This document shows positions 45,566 to 59,400 of a stretch of 64,000 nucleotides of DNA, one piece after another. Positions within the stretch are counted from its first letter, which is position 1. Each line of letters opens with the position of its first letter. The stretch is from Fimicolochytrium jonesii (taxonomy: Eukaryota), in assembly GCF_025526975.1 (NCBI RefSeq), contig NW_026515688.1:1-64000 (forward strand), given 5' to 3'. The notes beneath the pieces are model-generated. The model had not been told where the DNA came from and did not search any database. It worked only from the letters and a program-made list of their open reading frames with translations. Both the position numbers and the translations under genes were made by a program.

Positions 45566-47451
45566 GGCTGCGGTTGTAAGCAAAGTGTGGGGACAACTGT
45601 GGCAGATGTAAGTCTAGAGAGTGTGGGGCGATGCAGTTATGGGCTGGGTGGGGTGTCAAAGCGGTGTTGGCGGTATTTTTGTCTCTTTGTGGGCGGTGTC
45701 ACTATTAAGCTGTTACGTCACACAATTGACAGACTTCGACAGCGCGTTCATCCCACTGCTATATCTTACTTCCCATCGAGCCCACCCCGTTGACGCACTG
45801 GAATTTGATTTTCGGTTTGATCTTTAACGCTATGCGTACCGACAGAGGAGCAAGGGGACCGGGGGGACGGGGGGGAGCGAAAGCATATGAAAATGACAAC
45901 ATTACATACACAGAGGAAAATGATGGCGGATCTGACACGATCAGAACAAGGCTAGGGAATGTTCGAGCCGCTTCTTTCGTCGACCACTTCGGCATTGTCG
46001 TCCTTGTCGGCATCATTCCCGCCATTTGCTTCATCTGTTTCCGTCTCCACGCCTCCGAATGTCTCGAGGAATTTGTATTCGCGACGTTCCTCATGAGCCG
46101 CCTCCTGCTCATCCTTTGTGGGCTGATCTTTTGGAAATTGATGGTTACTAGCGTCACGAAGATCTTGACATGGATAGGTCGGGCTCGGTTGAACACATAT
46201 GGGCTACAATTGAGTTGAGCCCCAAGGCCGCTTCTGATGACGCCACCAAGTTAAGTCCTTGTGGGTGTCCAAGCCGTTTATTTCAAATTCGGCTATAAGG
46301 AAAGGGAACTCGAGAGATTTATTCACTACAATGCTGAAAACTCCCCCGTGTTGGAAACCGATGGTCAGAACATTCGACGCTGTGTGGTGTTTGGAACGAT
46401 GGCAATCCAACCATGCACGCTGAGCAGCCTTCCCGGTTTCGCACAACCTCCGCAAAAAAGACAGCAATGACGAGCTCATGTGCAGACGAGTTGTTCAGGG
46501 CTTTCAACTGTATTCGCAAAGATTTACTACCGCATTGGCTCCGCTTGTCTCCGATGGCCATCCTGTGCAGTCAATTGCCATCGAAAAAGGATCGGCCCGC
46601 TTGTGTGCAGTACTATACGGTTCTCCAAAAGTTCATGCAATCGAGGAAACAAACTGAATTCAAAACCCACTGTAATTAAATGCAAATAAATAGCGAGTGT
46701 GTCTCTATAATCGCCGATTGCGATTGCGATTGTGATTGTGCAGGGATCCGCGTGGAGGGACTCCGAGGGAGGGCCGTACCGGAATCTTCTATTTCGAGCC
46801 GAGTTCCGAGGATGCGGTAAGGAACACAACAGGAAAGTGGGGGAAACGTGGCACCCTGGCAGCCTACCAAAGCCGCGCGCTCCGTCCTGCCGTGATGACT
46901 AATAGTTCGTGTATGCAATGATGGTCTCATTGGCCAAACCGCTCCGAATCTTAGGCAGCGATCATCATGAAAACAGGACGATATGGATGTGAGAATATTT
47001 GGCTCAAGCCGAGGGGCTCCTACTGTATATATAGATATTAGATACAGAGCACATGTCAATAATCGATATGTACAGTATTATGACGAGAGGGAAAAACGCC
47101 CATTTGGAGGCAGGCAGGCGAGAGAGAGAGGAGAGGGGTGTGCGTCTCCAGCCCTGCAAATAACAACGTCGTCGGAAGGAGCGAGAGCGACGCGTCCGGT
47201 TGTTGTTGTTCTTTCTCACGACGAAGGCTTGGAGTCAAAGCGAGCGAGCGCAGGGCTGAGCTGGTGGACCAGTTTCCCCACGAAAACAAACACCCCACCC
47301 ACCCCCATAGACCCCGGCCAATTGCCGCCGCAATATCCTCCTGCTGCCCGCTCGCAGGCCTCTCCGCCGCATATCTCTTTCTAGCAGAGACGCTAGTACT
47401 CTCTCTACATTTCGCACTCCATTCGCTGCGCGAGACGAACGACGTCAAACA

Positions 47452-50400
47452 ATGTACGCACAAAACCCTCACTTTGGGACCGATAACTACGCAAACCCCA
47501 TCAACAACCCGCAGTCCTTCGACCCATACCCATACCTCCCCACCTCCTCCGCCGCCCAAGACGACCTAACCTTCGACCTCAACAGCGTCCTCGGTCTCAC
47601 CGCTTCCCCATTCCCGCAGTCATTCCAACAACTGCTCACCGAGGATACCCCCTTTGGAGTGGGAACTAGTGGGGAGGAACAGTTGATGTATGCGGCCGAG
47701 GTCGGCAGTATCATTTCTTCGGGTGGAAGTCGGTCGGGGAGTACCGACTTGAGCGAGGGATTCAGCATGGGGCCGTCTCCATTTGATCTCGTGGGGAGTG
47801 GAAATTCGAACGGGAATGCTGTTGGTGGATTCGAGCAGGGGTCGATGTCGCCGGGGTCGTCGGAAGGCCAAGGTCAGCTTATCACGGAGAAGGGAGTCAG
47901 CGAAGAACCGGCGGAGTTGTCGCCAGGACAGAATTACTCCCAGGTGAGTGCGCGATAGCGAGATTGATTTGGGGCCGTCGCGAGCGGAGTGAGCAGGATT
48001 GTCGTCCACCCATCGACCATTTGAACCACACATCCCCTCGCTCTTTCCATCAACCGACCATCAATACCCTCCCATTCACCTCACTCCGCTTCACTTCACT
48101 TCGCAGTTCCCAGCAACGCCGTCATCCCTCAACGAGTCCCAAAACGACTCTTCGATCTCCGTTGGGGGTTCACTGGATTTTAACGGATCGGTAAGCGACG
48201 GATCGTCCTCGAAACGAGCGTCGACGAGTTCGAATCCCGTGTCGACGCGTCTGATTGCGAAACCGAATACGCGGAGGAAAGCTTGTGGTATGTCCGCTAA
48301 GAATTATCCTCAAGTCGCTCTCCAAGTAGGGCACGTATTGAACTATTCATTCTGGTAGAACCATGCAGAGCCAAAAAACTCAGATGTGACGGAATTCGGC
48401 CCCGCTGCTCCACCTGCACTAAATCAACTCAAGGCGTCACTTGCGTCTACTACGCCGACAAACCCGCCGATCTATCCACCAGCAAATCGGGCGCAGGGCC
48501 GGATGATCCCACCACCGACTCCACGCAGAAAAAACCAAAGCGTCGAACAGCGGATGTCAAGGCTTTGGAGGATCGCGTGGTGGCGTTGGAAGCTCTGTTG
48601 GCTGCCGCGAACGCGAATAATACTGGTTCGACATCGGAACCCTCATATGACGAACACGGAAAGCCCCCCCTCCCCGGCAACACACCCTTCTTCTCCCCCG
48701 AAATCCACCAAACAAGTGACGCCCCCTCAAGCTCACCAGCTGGTAAAGCACAATCAGCGCTCCTGAACGAAGACCTGAAAAAATCGTGGTTCAAGGATTT
48801 CGTGTCAGTGTTCAAGGATAAACTGACATTGCAGACCTGTGAGCAGCAGTGTCCAAAGTCATTTCCGCAGGAACCGGTGCCGCAGAGCGAGATGTTGCCG
48901 AATTTGAATGAGATTCTTATTCGGAGGGATTTGTTGGATGTCCATTTTAGGTGCGTTCGCCTTCAATATCTCACATGTACCGCACCCCTCTTTGCTAACT
49001 CCCTATGTGATTCCTTCAGCCGATCATCCTGCTTCCTCCCGTACCCAATAGTCCACCGCCGCTCCTTCCTCTCCACCATCGCCGACGAATCCCCCATGCT
49101 CCTCTTCGCCCTTTACGCCGACGCCTGCTCGCACTCCCCTGACCCAAAAACCCGCAACTCCGCCACGTTCTTCTACCAACGCGCGCGTAAACTCGTCCCC
49201 GTGCACCTCGAGAACCCGTCGGTCTCTGGTTTACAAGCGTTGTATTTTCTGGCGACGGCGAGTATGGCGCTCGGGTTGATGAGTACCGCGTGGATGTTCA
49301 ATGGGATGGCGTGTCGGATGGCGCAGTTTTTGAGGTTGGATTTGGATCCGGAGGAGTTGGGCATTGAGGGGTGGTTGGAGGTGGAGACGAGGAGGAGGTT
49401 GTGGTGGGGGGTTTGGACCATGGATCTGTATGTATTCACATCCATTGGGTGGTTGGTTTACTGGTCCCTTCTACCAACACTCACGCGTTCATTTTTTTTT
49501 CTAGTGTAAAAGGCTCAGTGCAAGGAAAAGCGACCTTCTTCGAACGAGCGAAAACGCATAACGTCAAACTTCCATGTTCGGACGGGTTATGGGAGAACTG
49601 CGACGCGGAGGGCAACCTCCCCGCGCATCTGATGGGGATGGACAATCATAATTATTTGTCGGCGGTTACTAGCTTTTGTCCTACTTACGCAAAGGTAAGG
49701 AAAAACTATCAGGAGATTCGCACAAGCACTTCCCGAAACGTGAATATTTGCTTACAATATAATCCTTCCTGAAATTTAGGCAATAAGATATAACCGCGAA
49801 GCCCTCGCCACCCCCACCCTCACCCTCAGCGAAATCGACCCAACCGCCGTCCTCCTCGAAGCCCAAGTCGAGCACTGGTACGCCCAATGCTCCCCCCTCG
49901 TGCACTCCGTCCCGACCGCAAAACAATTCACTCGCGACTCCCTATCGGAATCGGCCACGCCGTACCACGCGGTCAACGTCCATCTAACGTATATCGCCAC
50001 GCTGTGTCTGTTAAGACGGCCACGGATCATCGCGGCGTTGACGGCGGATGTCAAGACCCCCCAGGCGATGAAGGCGATCGAGAACGCGAAGAAAGCGAGC
50101 GACGCGGTAGCCGACATGGCCGCGAAACTGCTCGAAAAAGTCTCCCCGGACGCCCCGACCCGCCACGCGCACAACGTCTCGTACATCACCTCCCTCGGCG
50201 TCCTCGAAGCCGGGTTCATACAGATCATGCTGTCCGCGTACGCGGCCGCCATGTCCGATGAAACCGAGCTGGAGAATTCACAGAGGCGGTTTGCGTGTGT
50301 GGTGAGACTGCTCAAGGCGTTTGGGAGACGGTTTCCGCCGCCGAGGGCTATGGCGCAGGTTATTGCGCTGATTAATGAACGGGTGTTGAGGGGGTCGAGG

Positions 50401-50562
50401 GGGAAGAGTGGGGGGGAAGGGGGCGACGCGGGTGCGGTGGGGACAGCGGGGATGCTGGGTGGAGGGAAGGGGAGTCCGGAGATTGTGGAGTTGGGGCAGA
50501 AGAGGAAGGATAATGAGATGTTGAGGTGTATCATAAGGGATGCGTTTCAGGAGAGGCGGTAG
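47452..50562 (+). CDS. Zn(II)2Cys6 fungal transcription factor, multi-exon
   Basis: AC|EPCRAKKLRCDGIRPRCSTCTKSTQGVTCVY; middle homology region ETRRRLWW. Confidence 0.9.
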
Positions 50563-51103
50563 ATAGGGCATGGAGGGATGGAGAGAAATTGATGATTCCC
50601 CTGAGGCACTTTTTTTTTGGTGGACGCTTCCTTTTCGCCCTGGTTCTTTGTTGCACTGCCTTTGCAATTCTGTCTTGTTTTGTATATACATCTTTCCATT
50701 TTACGTCCGAATTTTTCTTTTTAATACCCTGCATCTTGCTCTTCAAATGACGGGAGTTGAGTTGGGCCAATGCAGACGGGTCTCACGCCAACCGGGTGTA
50801 CCTTGTCCCTGTCCCTGTCGATGTGCAGTGAGCTCTCAACATCATCTAATAGTCTGTGAGAGGGGCAGGGCTTAGCGACCAGAACACCAGGAGGCTCCGA
50901 AAGCTCCGATGGTGCGTGCTGAGGGATGTTTTGCGCCACGTTTGGCCGCGAGCACTTTCGGTGATCTCAAATCCGGATTCCGAAGGTTGCAAGTCCACAT
51001 CCACTCATCCCGCCCACCGGCCTCAGAAAGCACGAAAGAAGCGTCAAGAGGGCAAGTCCCGCTGCACACTTGGACTCCCGGCATCGCACACCGCCATCAC
51101 ATA

Positions 51104-52402
51104 ATGACCGCCACGACATGCTCAACGAAGTGGTTCTTCGCCCGCTCCACCCCGACCTGCGCAGCCATCGTCCTCGGCCTGGACGCCGCGGGGAAGACCA
51201 CCATTCTATACCGGCTTGTTCGTCCCGTAAGTGGTACCCTCACATCCTCACGTGTATCGCAGCGGTTGTTGATGATATCATGTCGGTTTAGAATGAGACG
51301 GTGATGACGATCCCGACGATCGGGTTCAACGTCGAGACCGTGTCGGTGAATGGCGGCACCATCACGCTCTGGGACATCGGCGGGTGCGACCAGATGCGGC
51401 CGTTGCGGCGGCACTATTTTGGGGGCATGCAGGGGATTGTGTATGTGGTTGATTCGGCGGATGCGGGGAGGGTGGAGGAGGCGGGGAGGGAGTTGGGGGG
51501 GCTGGCGAGGGAGGTTGGGGAGGGTGAGGGGAGTGTGCCGGTCGTTGTGTGAGTATTGACGAGGGGTGGGGTTGACGACCGACGATAAACACCGAGATCC
51601 TCTCTGTTCAGATCGAGGAAAGAACGGTGACACCGGACTAATCGTTTGCATGATCCAGACTAGCAAACAAACAAGACCTCCCCACCGCGCTCTCCCTCAC
51701 CGAGATTCAAACCGCCCTCGCCCCGCACATCCCCCCCAAAACCCTCTGGAAAGTCTTCCCCACAACCAGCACCTCCCCGCTCACCACGGACCTCGACGCC
51801 CCCTTCCACTGGCTCACCACCCTCATCACCGCCACCTCCGCCTCGCCCACAACCCCTCCCCGGACGCTCCCGAACCATCTGCAAACCCTTGCCGAGTGGT
51901 TAACCCGCACGGACGTCCCGGACGCCGTCTTTCTGACGCAACTGGAAACCTTCACACTCCCGAACTGGGACCACTACACGCATCTCCGCATCGCGTATGT
52001 GTATCTCACAACGTACGGGCGGCAGAAGGGGAAAGACAAGATCTTTGCCTCGATCGAGACCTTTATCAAGAACAGTGGGAGGACCACCGCGAAGACGTTT
52101 AGCGTCACCGTCACGTATTTCTGGCTGCATATGGTTGATTGGGCGTTGAAGGTCCGGTTGCCTCTCACTCCATTTGCTGTATACCCCACGTCACACACTA
52201 ACAACCTGTGTGCACACAGACTACACCCGGCGCGTCAACATCCTTCCACGCCCTCCTATCCCTCTGCCCGTACCTCGCGGACGGGTCGCTGCCGCTGACG
52301 TACTACACGAAGGAGAGACTGTATGGGAGTGTGGAGTCGCGGACGGGGTTTGTGGTGCCGGATGTGAGGCCTTTGCCCAACGTCGTTCTGAGTGCTAAGT
52401 AA
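51104..52402 (+). CDS. ARF/ARL-like GTPase fused to an uncharacterised C-terminal domain, multi-exon
   Basis: GLDAAGKTT, PTIGFNVE, WDIGGC, YVVDS, KQDLP; then WDHYTHLRIAY...TVTYFWLHMV...FVVPDVRPLP. Confidence 0.85.
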
Positions 52403-54536
52403 GGGCGTGGCGTCGGTCGATTCCGTACAGGGTCGGTGTCGGCAGCCCAGTCTGTGTGAAGCGTTCGAGATGACTCAGGTTTCGAGGAGACGTTTGGTGG
52501 TTGGCGCCGATAGCAATGAAGGAGTCGCGGGCGGTTGACACGGGCACGCTGCGTGCTCTGTTTGCCAGGGACCGTTTTCGTTGGTTGGTGCTTGCCCTTT
52601 GCGGTCGGCGTCGCGGGCGTTAGCGCGGACGGTAGGTTCATGGATCGGCGGGGTAGTTTCTTTCTTGTGATTGACGTACGTACAGTACCTGAGAAGAAGG
52701 AGGACGCTGGGTGGATTCTTTTGTGTGCGCCTCCGTGTCTGCATGAATCAGATGCTGATGTGGAAAGCTTTTGGGGGAATGAAACCTCCACTAGTGTGGC
52801 AGCTTTTTGCGTTCGTCCCTCTGGCCCTCCCTCGTCCACGATTTGTCTTCGAACGAGGCTGCGTGCTCATAATCACCCTTCCCCAACTGGCAACCGGGAC
52901 ATACTGTAAAGACCCAAACAAGAGTCCGTTCTCATAAAATTCCCTTGCCATGTGCCGGGCGAAGTCCGTCTCTTTCCTTTGCCGAAACTGGAGATGGACA
53001 TTTAACGGCGAGCATTTGGTTTGCGAAGCGATACTCTGTTCTAATACGTGTAAGGAACTTTTCCACCGGCAGCCATTGGAGAAGAGCACGGCAGAACCCT
53101 GGGATCCTGCGCTGCGTAAACTCAAATAAAACACAAGATGAGCAAGTGTGCTCTTTTGCGGAGTCGGTGGTTGCTTCAGAGGATTGCAGCCTCAGCTCAA
53201 CCCTTGTCGCGCCTCCAGATCCACCTACACCTCACAGCATCCCGCGGGAGGTGGCCGCAGCGGCACGTCCATCTTCAGGACTGCCTTGCAGAAGATCACG
53301 CACTACTTCACCTCCCTCATTAGAAAGGGGAGCTTGAACTGGGATGAGCCCCTGCGCAAGCTGTTTTGCAAGTCCAGCCAGGTTTGTTCTCGTAGCCTCC
53401 AACAATCGCGTCCTCCTCCTTGCCAACCTCCTCCTCATCATCGTCCTTGTCTTGATCTTCGCCCTCCTGCTCTATGAACCGGAACCCCACAGACTCTTCG
53501 AGCTGTATAAAGTTGGAAGGAGTGATGACATGTTCTATTCGTCAAAGTCGTTGGATGCATAGATGACGTGGGAGGACAATGTCGTAATGGTAGCCTGGTC
53601 GTCTGCCTTGGTGTAACCGGAGACGCAACCTCTACTGGCGAGAGGGAGGATCTCCCATACTTGGGCGCGATCGGGACGCTCATTTCGGTGTTTAGCGATT
53701 GTGAAGTTGAGCTCGGTTCCTCTGTGACGAGAGGAGCTGTGGTCAGTCTTGTGGGTTTTTGAGGTATGCGACGTTGCATCCGGGGACCACATATGTAAGA
53801 TGCAACTATCTCTATTGCTCGCGAGGCTGTTTCCGACGTTCGGAAAGTCGTCGCTCGACACATCAGCGAATCATCAAGTTTGTTCCTGGTGCAAATTGCA
53901 ACACAAGCTGCGTAGTTGCCACAGTCCAGTGCATGGAGGCTGTAAGCACTACATTCCGGCAGGATGGAGTCTCTCCCGGTAACTACGTTCGAGGCCATGT
54001 GCGTTCTCTTGGAGATGGGATTCGAGAATGCAAAGGAGTCGAAGCATATACCAACGTAGCCCACGCCACTGCGTTGCATGCAGCTCCCGGGCGTTGTCAC
54101 CGTCATTCCAGGATGGAAGAAGTGGGTGTGGCAGAAAAAGTTGGCAGTGTTGCTCGTCGCCGTCGTCCGTGCGCTACGCTTGCGTTTAGGGCGGGCGCTT
54201 TGCTAGCCTTCTAAAGGGACCAGCGCCTCGCGCGACAATGCTGGTCTCCCATAGCAGGTTTAGGGACAGCTCCAGTTTTGGAGACCAAAGGAAAAAAGAA
54301 GGCAGTACTGTCAAACCCCGTCAAAACTCGTCATACAAATTTCTGCTCTCTGCGCATCGCGGCACACTTGCATTTTTTGCACCTCGCCATGCTATTATTG
54401 TTGCACTGTACTGCCATCCATGTCGCACAATATCCTCAGCAAGATTTGAGCCGCTGGAAGCCGAGTCGCACCGCCGGCATGGAGTGAAAACTCAGAGCTA
54501 ATCTTGAGCGGACTTCAAGATCGCCGAAGACGAACG

Positions 54537-56459
54537 ATGACGGCCGTGCATTGCCTGGTCTACGGCGACGATCCAGTTCGAGCATTCTCCGTCGACATCC
54601 CCACCGGCTCGTTCACCGTCGCCCAACTCCGCAACCAGATACTAGCGCAAATTCCTACTCGTCTTCCGACCTACTACGATATCACCGACATCTCGCTCTA
54701 CCGCCGCGGACAGCTCACTTGACGTCCCGGGTAAATTCCACGATGCCGACAATCTTCAGCTCTCGCTTCTAGACAGCCCCTTGGCACAGGTGTGACAGGT
54801 CTTGTCGGAGGACGAGTGCACTTCGAGGGCGGGCTTGAATATCGTGATCAGAATTCCGGAGCACGGTGTGAATCACGACCTTGCCGCTCTTCCTCCTTCC
54901 TACACCATCGTTGAGAGGGCAGGTGTCGATAGTTCCCTTCCTGCTCCTGAGAACGAACATGAACATGTACCACTTTCACCGCAACATGCTCGTCACAAGG
55001 GAGATGCTCAAGTGGTTGACGTGGACAGGCAAAGAGAGTCCACTCTGTCATTGCCAGTGGGTTCCGGCATGTACAAGCCCGTGGCGATCATGACAGACTC
55101 TAGTCGGCAATCAACGAGTGCCGAAGTACGAAACGATTCTTCCGAAGGTCTCACTTCTACCGAACATGTAGTGGCCCCACCAGCGGGCCCTAATGATGCC
55201 CCGGAACCATCGTCCGCTACGTTGGTGGCTCGAGACCATACCCCGCCGCTATTTTCGATATCGATGAATGATCAAGGAAAACAATTCGGCCCAAGGTCGA
55301 CTATGGCGCAAGTGGAAGGGAACCCGGCCAAGCGGGCGGGGCTTCGGCAGAACAAAAAGCTTCGGTACCTCCTCCTCGGTGCGATCCTTGTCTTGATAGC
55401 CACCGCCGTCTCTGTCACAGTGATCGTCCGGAAAAGTTCGGCAGCGGCTGAGGCGCCACCGTCGGCCGTGTCATCACCTTCCACCACTACATCCTCCCCC
55501 GCGGCAGCGACACCGAGCCCTACAACAACCATCGGGACACCCAGGCTTGTCCAAACTCTCACAGGTCATACTGACGCCCTGTACGATCTCGTCGTCGCCC
55601 CCGACGGCAGGCACATCTTCACCAGCAGCACAGATCGCACCGTGAAAATGTGGGAAGTCCCTCTGGGAAGCTTGTCGAAACTTTGACCTATACTGACGTT
55701 ATGTGGTGCCTCGCTATATCACCTGATGGGTCGAAGTTATTCAGCGGGGGGTTTGACAGCTCCCCCATTTGGCAGTACGATGTCCCGACACGCAATTCCT
55801 CTACATCCGATCCCGCAGCTTACAAAAATGGGCTCCCTACCCTGGCTGTCACACCAGACGGTCGCCAGCTGTATGCTCGGGGATTGGATGGGCCTCTCGA
55901 TGTTGTGAAGAAGTGGACGATCGAAAAAGGAAGCATCGTCAACGCCGGCAATCCCGACCGGCTGCTATCCATGCCAACTTCCTCCGCCATCGCACACCTT
56001 GTTATAACCCCTGACGGTCGGAGCCTTCTAGTTGGGAACGGCACTGGAATTGTGCATTGGGACATCCTCGGAGGATCGGTGTTGCGCACCCTGGAAGGCC
56101 TTCCGAGTGCAGTGATCTCTCTCGGCGTCACCCCTGACAGCGCGCAACTCTTCAGCGCGAGTTTGAATGAATACACCGTCAGGCAGTGGCGGTTGTCCGA
56201 CGGCGCGCTGCTCCGCAACCTTACGGGTCATTCGAACCAGGTCTGGTGGATTGTCGTATCACCCGACAGCAAACTCGTGTTTACTGGGTCGCGAGATTCC
56301 ACCGTCAAGATCTGGGATGTGGCAACTGGCAATCTCCTGAAAACTTTTGTGCCGCATACTGGTTGGGTAGTCGCACTGGCCCTGTCACCCGACGGAGCGT
56401 ATCTCTTCACCGGGGGTTACGACGACAAGACGGCCAAGATCTGGAGTCTAGCGGGGTAG
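54537..56459 (+). pseudogene. Crinkler-like N-terminal domain + linker + TM helix + WD40 propeller, with lesions
   Basis: HCLVYGDDPVRAFSVDI..VAQLRNQI..ISLY..NIVIRIP; TM YLLLGAILVLIATAVSVTVIV; GH..WD repeats. Frameshifts near 54703 and 55660, in-frame TGA near 54793. Confidence 0.75.
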
Positions 56460-59400
56460 CCACCGACCTTTTGACGCGTTGAAACATCGCTTCTCCTCTC
56501 CCTCCGCTGAAGATAGATCCCCGTTTTCCATCATGCACCTTTAGACCTAGTATTGCGAGGCGTAGAGAAGATACATAGATCTCCCAAAATCTGCATCAAG
56601 TTCTCGTGTGCGATAGACTTCCCCTCTTTCGGCCTCCATGAAGTGAAAAGATTGGCGCTGGGCGCTGACGGGGAAGAACTAATTGGATTGGCACGTTACG
56701 TGGAATGGCACGTTACGTATCAGAGCATTCTGATCGACTCACTGGTGCCGACAGGGATTGACGAATCCGAATACTGGGCGGAGGAAGTTTCATTGTAGCC
56801 ATGAGTGCTTCATGAGACAGTGCAGTCAAGCTGTGAAGTTGCCCGCTGTACCAAGATGGGTCGTGCAGAGCAGAGTCCTGGCTTTCAATGGGGATAACCC
56901 GTGGAGCATGACACTTCCTCTTCAACTGGTGCAAGTTGGTTGTGGGTTTAAAAAATGACAGCATCCTGTCAAAACTAGAATGACAAGATTTAGCCCCGAA
57001 ACCAGCTTGCAATCAATTCATGTCGAGGGTAGTGTTGGTCTAAGGCTGGTACAACAGAGGAACATGTACGTTCGCTACCGTAGTAGCCTCCCAAACTCGC
57101 AAACAAGTTGTGCGATCTGGATGGGCGAGTATGGTAGGGCGTATGCGGTGTATTTGGGTTTTGTGAACAAGGGTGAAATTCGGGGAAACTAAGGCAAACG
57201 TAGCAATTGTCCAGACTGGAGAATGAGACCGGCACGAATGAACTAAAAGCCGGCGGCATTCTAAGAGTGGTAGGAGCATATATTTAATCTCATGCCGGAG
57301 GCGGACGTATGCGTGGTTGGGTAGTAGGACGGAATGATAGGTATTTGACCTCATGTGGAGTTATCGAAGCGCCTCGCAGTGGGTCGGACGGGTCGCTGAG
57401 TGGCACGAGTATGGCGGTAGAGTATCGGCGACCTCCTGGCGAAGCTCCATCATACAGTCAGGACGGAGGCATCGTTCTCGCCGTCGTCATCCCCAACCAC
57501 CAATCTCCGTGCGCAAGATACCTTCTTCCATATCTTCGTCCTTCCAGCCGTGCTGGGCATATGTCATCGCATTTTGGACCTTAGGGGGCAAAGCCTCGAG
57601 GTCACAACCTTTGCGGATGAATCGTGACGTTGTGGGACATCAGGCGTGTACATAGATTCTAGAAGCTGCGCATGCTACGTCGTTCCGCCGATGGCCGGTT
57701 TGGGCTCCGTGCATTTGATCACCCCGCTGTGGCGTAAGTCTTAAGAGGCGGAGTGTGAGGTTGATCTCCCGCCAAGACGTTGATCAGGGCGCACAGCGTG
57801 TCTTGTTGCTCCTAAACCCAAAGGAAGCGAATGGGGGAAAAGCGTGGGGATATTCCTGCAGGCGGTCGTACCCAAACCTCTCTGGGGGCGGGTGCGGCAG
57901 AGGACAGGCGGGCGAGTTGTTTGTTGTTGGTGGGGTTGACGGCAAGAGTATGGTACAGTGGTGTGTTTTTTTGTTCGTGTGTCGATGCGAGGAATGCTAA
58001 GGTTTGTGTTTCTCCAGACGCACTGACACGTGGTTGGCGTTAGCAATGAACCCCATCATTGGACGAGGGGACATGATGCGATGGTGCAAATGGGGATCGG
58101 CGGACGGACGAGGGTGGGTCGCCTGTCGGCGGCGATGGTGTCTGGGAATCAGCATGATGTGCGGGATGCTGCAAGCGGGTGGAGAGGCGGCATCCTCCTC
58201 GTTCTCTTCGCGGCTGCCCTTCGCAGGTGGATGAACTACCGGTGGACAACACTTGCAAACAACCTGACGATCACGCGCCTTTTGCGGAGGCCTGCACCGT
58301 GTGCAAAGGTGTTCAGCATCCGCAGCGTCCAGACCCCTGTCTCGTATGCGTCGACGGTCCCGGTTCGCTTGAAAAGCCGCCACAGCGTTCCCAAAACGTG
58401 CCCCGATGCACTGTCCGGGACTCCTTCCCTTTCAATGGGCGATTCAGGGGGATTTTTCCCTCCACCATCAGCAACCTCGCTCCCCAATCCGCGTCGCGCA
58501 ACTCATCGCTCTCATGGAAGTCCTCCTCTACAGGGGCCACAGAGAGACAATCTCGCAAACTTTCCCCTGCGCCCATGTGAGGCGCGCATGGTGTGCGTCC
58601 GGGGTTTTGGGATCGTGGCGATCGCGGCGGAGAGGAGGTTCTTGAGGACGGCGTCAAGGGCGACGGCTTAGTCCGGCAGGGCGGCGAGCTCTTCGTCGGC
58701 AATGACGATTGGCCGCGGTTGCGGTTGCCGTCGTGAAGCGGCAACATGGGCGCGGCTGCTCGACAATCGCTGCTAGTCGTCGCGGCCGTCCAACCCAATT
58801 TCCATCTCCCTCCTTCGCCTTCCCCTTCCCTTTGCCCCTACCTCTTCGTGTTCGTCCGCACCAACGCGATTGAGGTCACCTGTTTCAAACAGACATAGAG
58901 AGGTTAGGCTTTGACGAAAACGGAGCCACATAGGACGCTTCCATTGTCTTCTCGTTGGGGAAATGTCATTGCAGCAATCAAGTCACTCAGACGGCAGGAT
59001 CGTAGTTGGCGACATCAAGCTCGACGTATTCCAAAAATTCTTTTGATTCCCAGTCCAGTCCTTTTGCTCCGTCTATGACAGAAGTCGTGTGAGCGATGTT
59101 TTAACGCCAACGGAATTGGCGCTGACCCAATCTTCGTTGCTCTGCGTCCTTGGAACTCCAGGCAGCGATGTGCCGATCAGTGTAGCTTTACGGGCAAACC
59201 TCTCCGTCTCTTCGGCAGCTCCCCATCGACACTGACCGCTCGCGGGGCCGTCCCTTCTGGGTTGCAAGAAACAACACTTCCGTTGTGCTACGCTCGGCGC
59301 ATCGGAACGTCCAGACGATCTCTCGGTGCACTTCGCATTGATGCGCGTCTCAACCCTGCCCTCCAGCTGCCCTCCGTGATCCCCCCACCAAATCAGGGAC

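Noticed and set aside
45950..46480. Minus-strand fragments (FPFLIAEFE..HKD, acidic tail), possibly a decayed gene
   Set aside because: Multiple frameshifts; the family cannot be supported without a search.
52450..54240. Assorted ORFs including a 222-aa minus-strand ORF
   Set aside because: No recognisable motifs or coherent exon structure.
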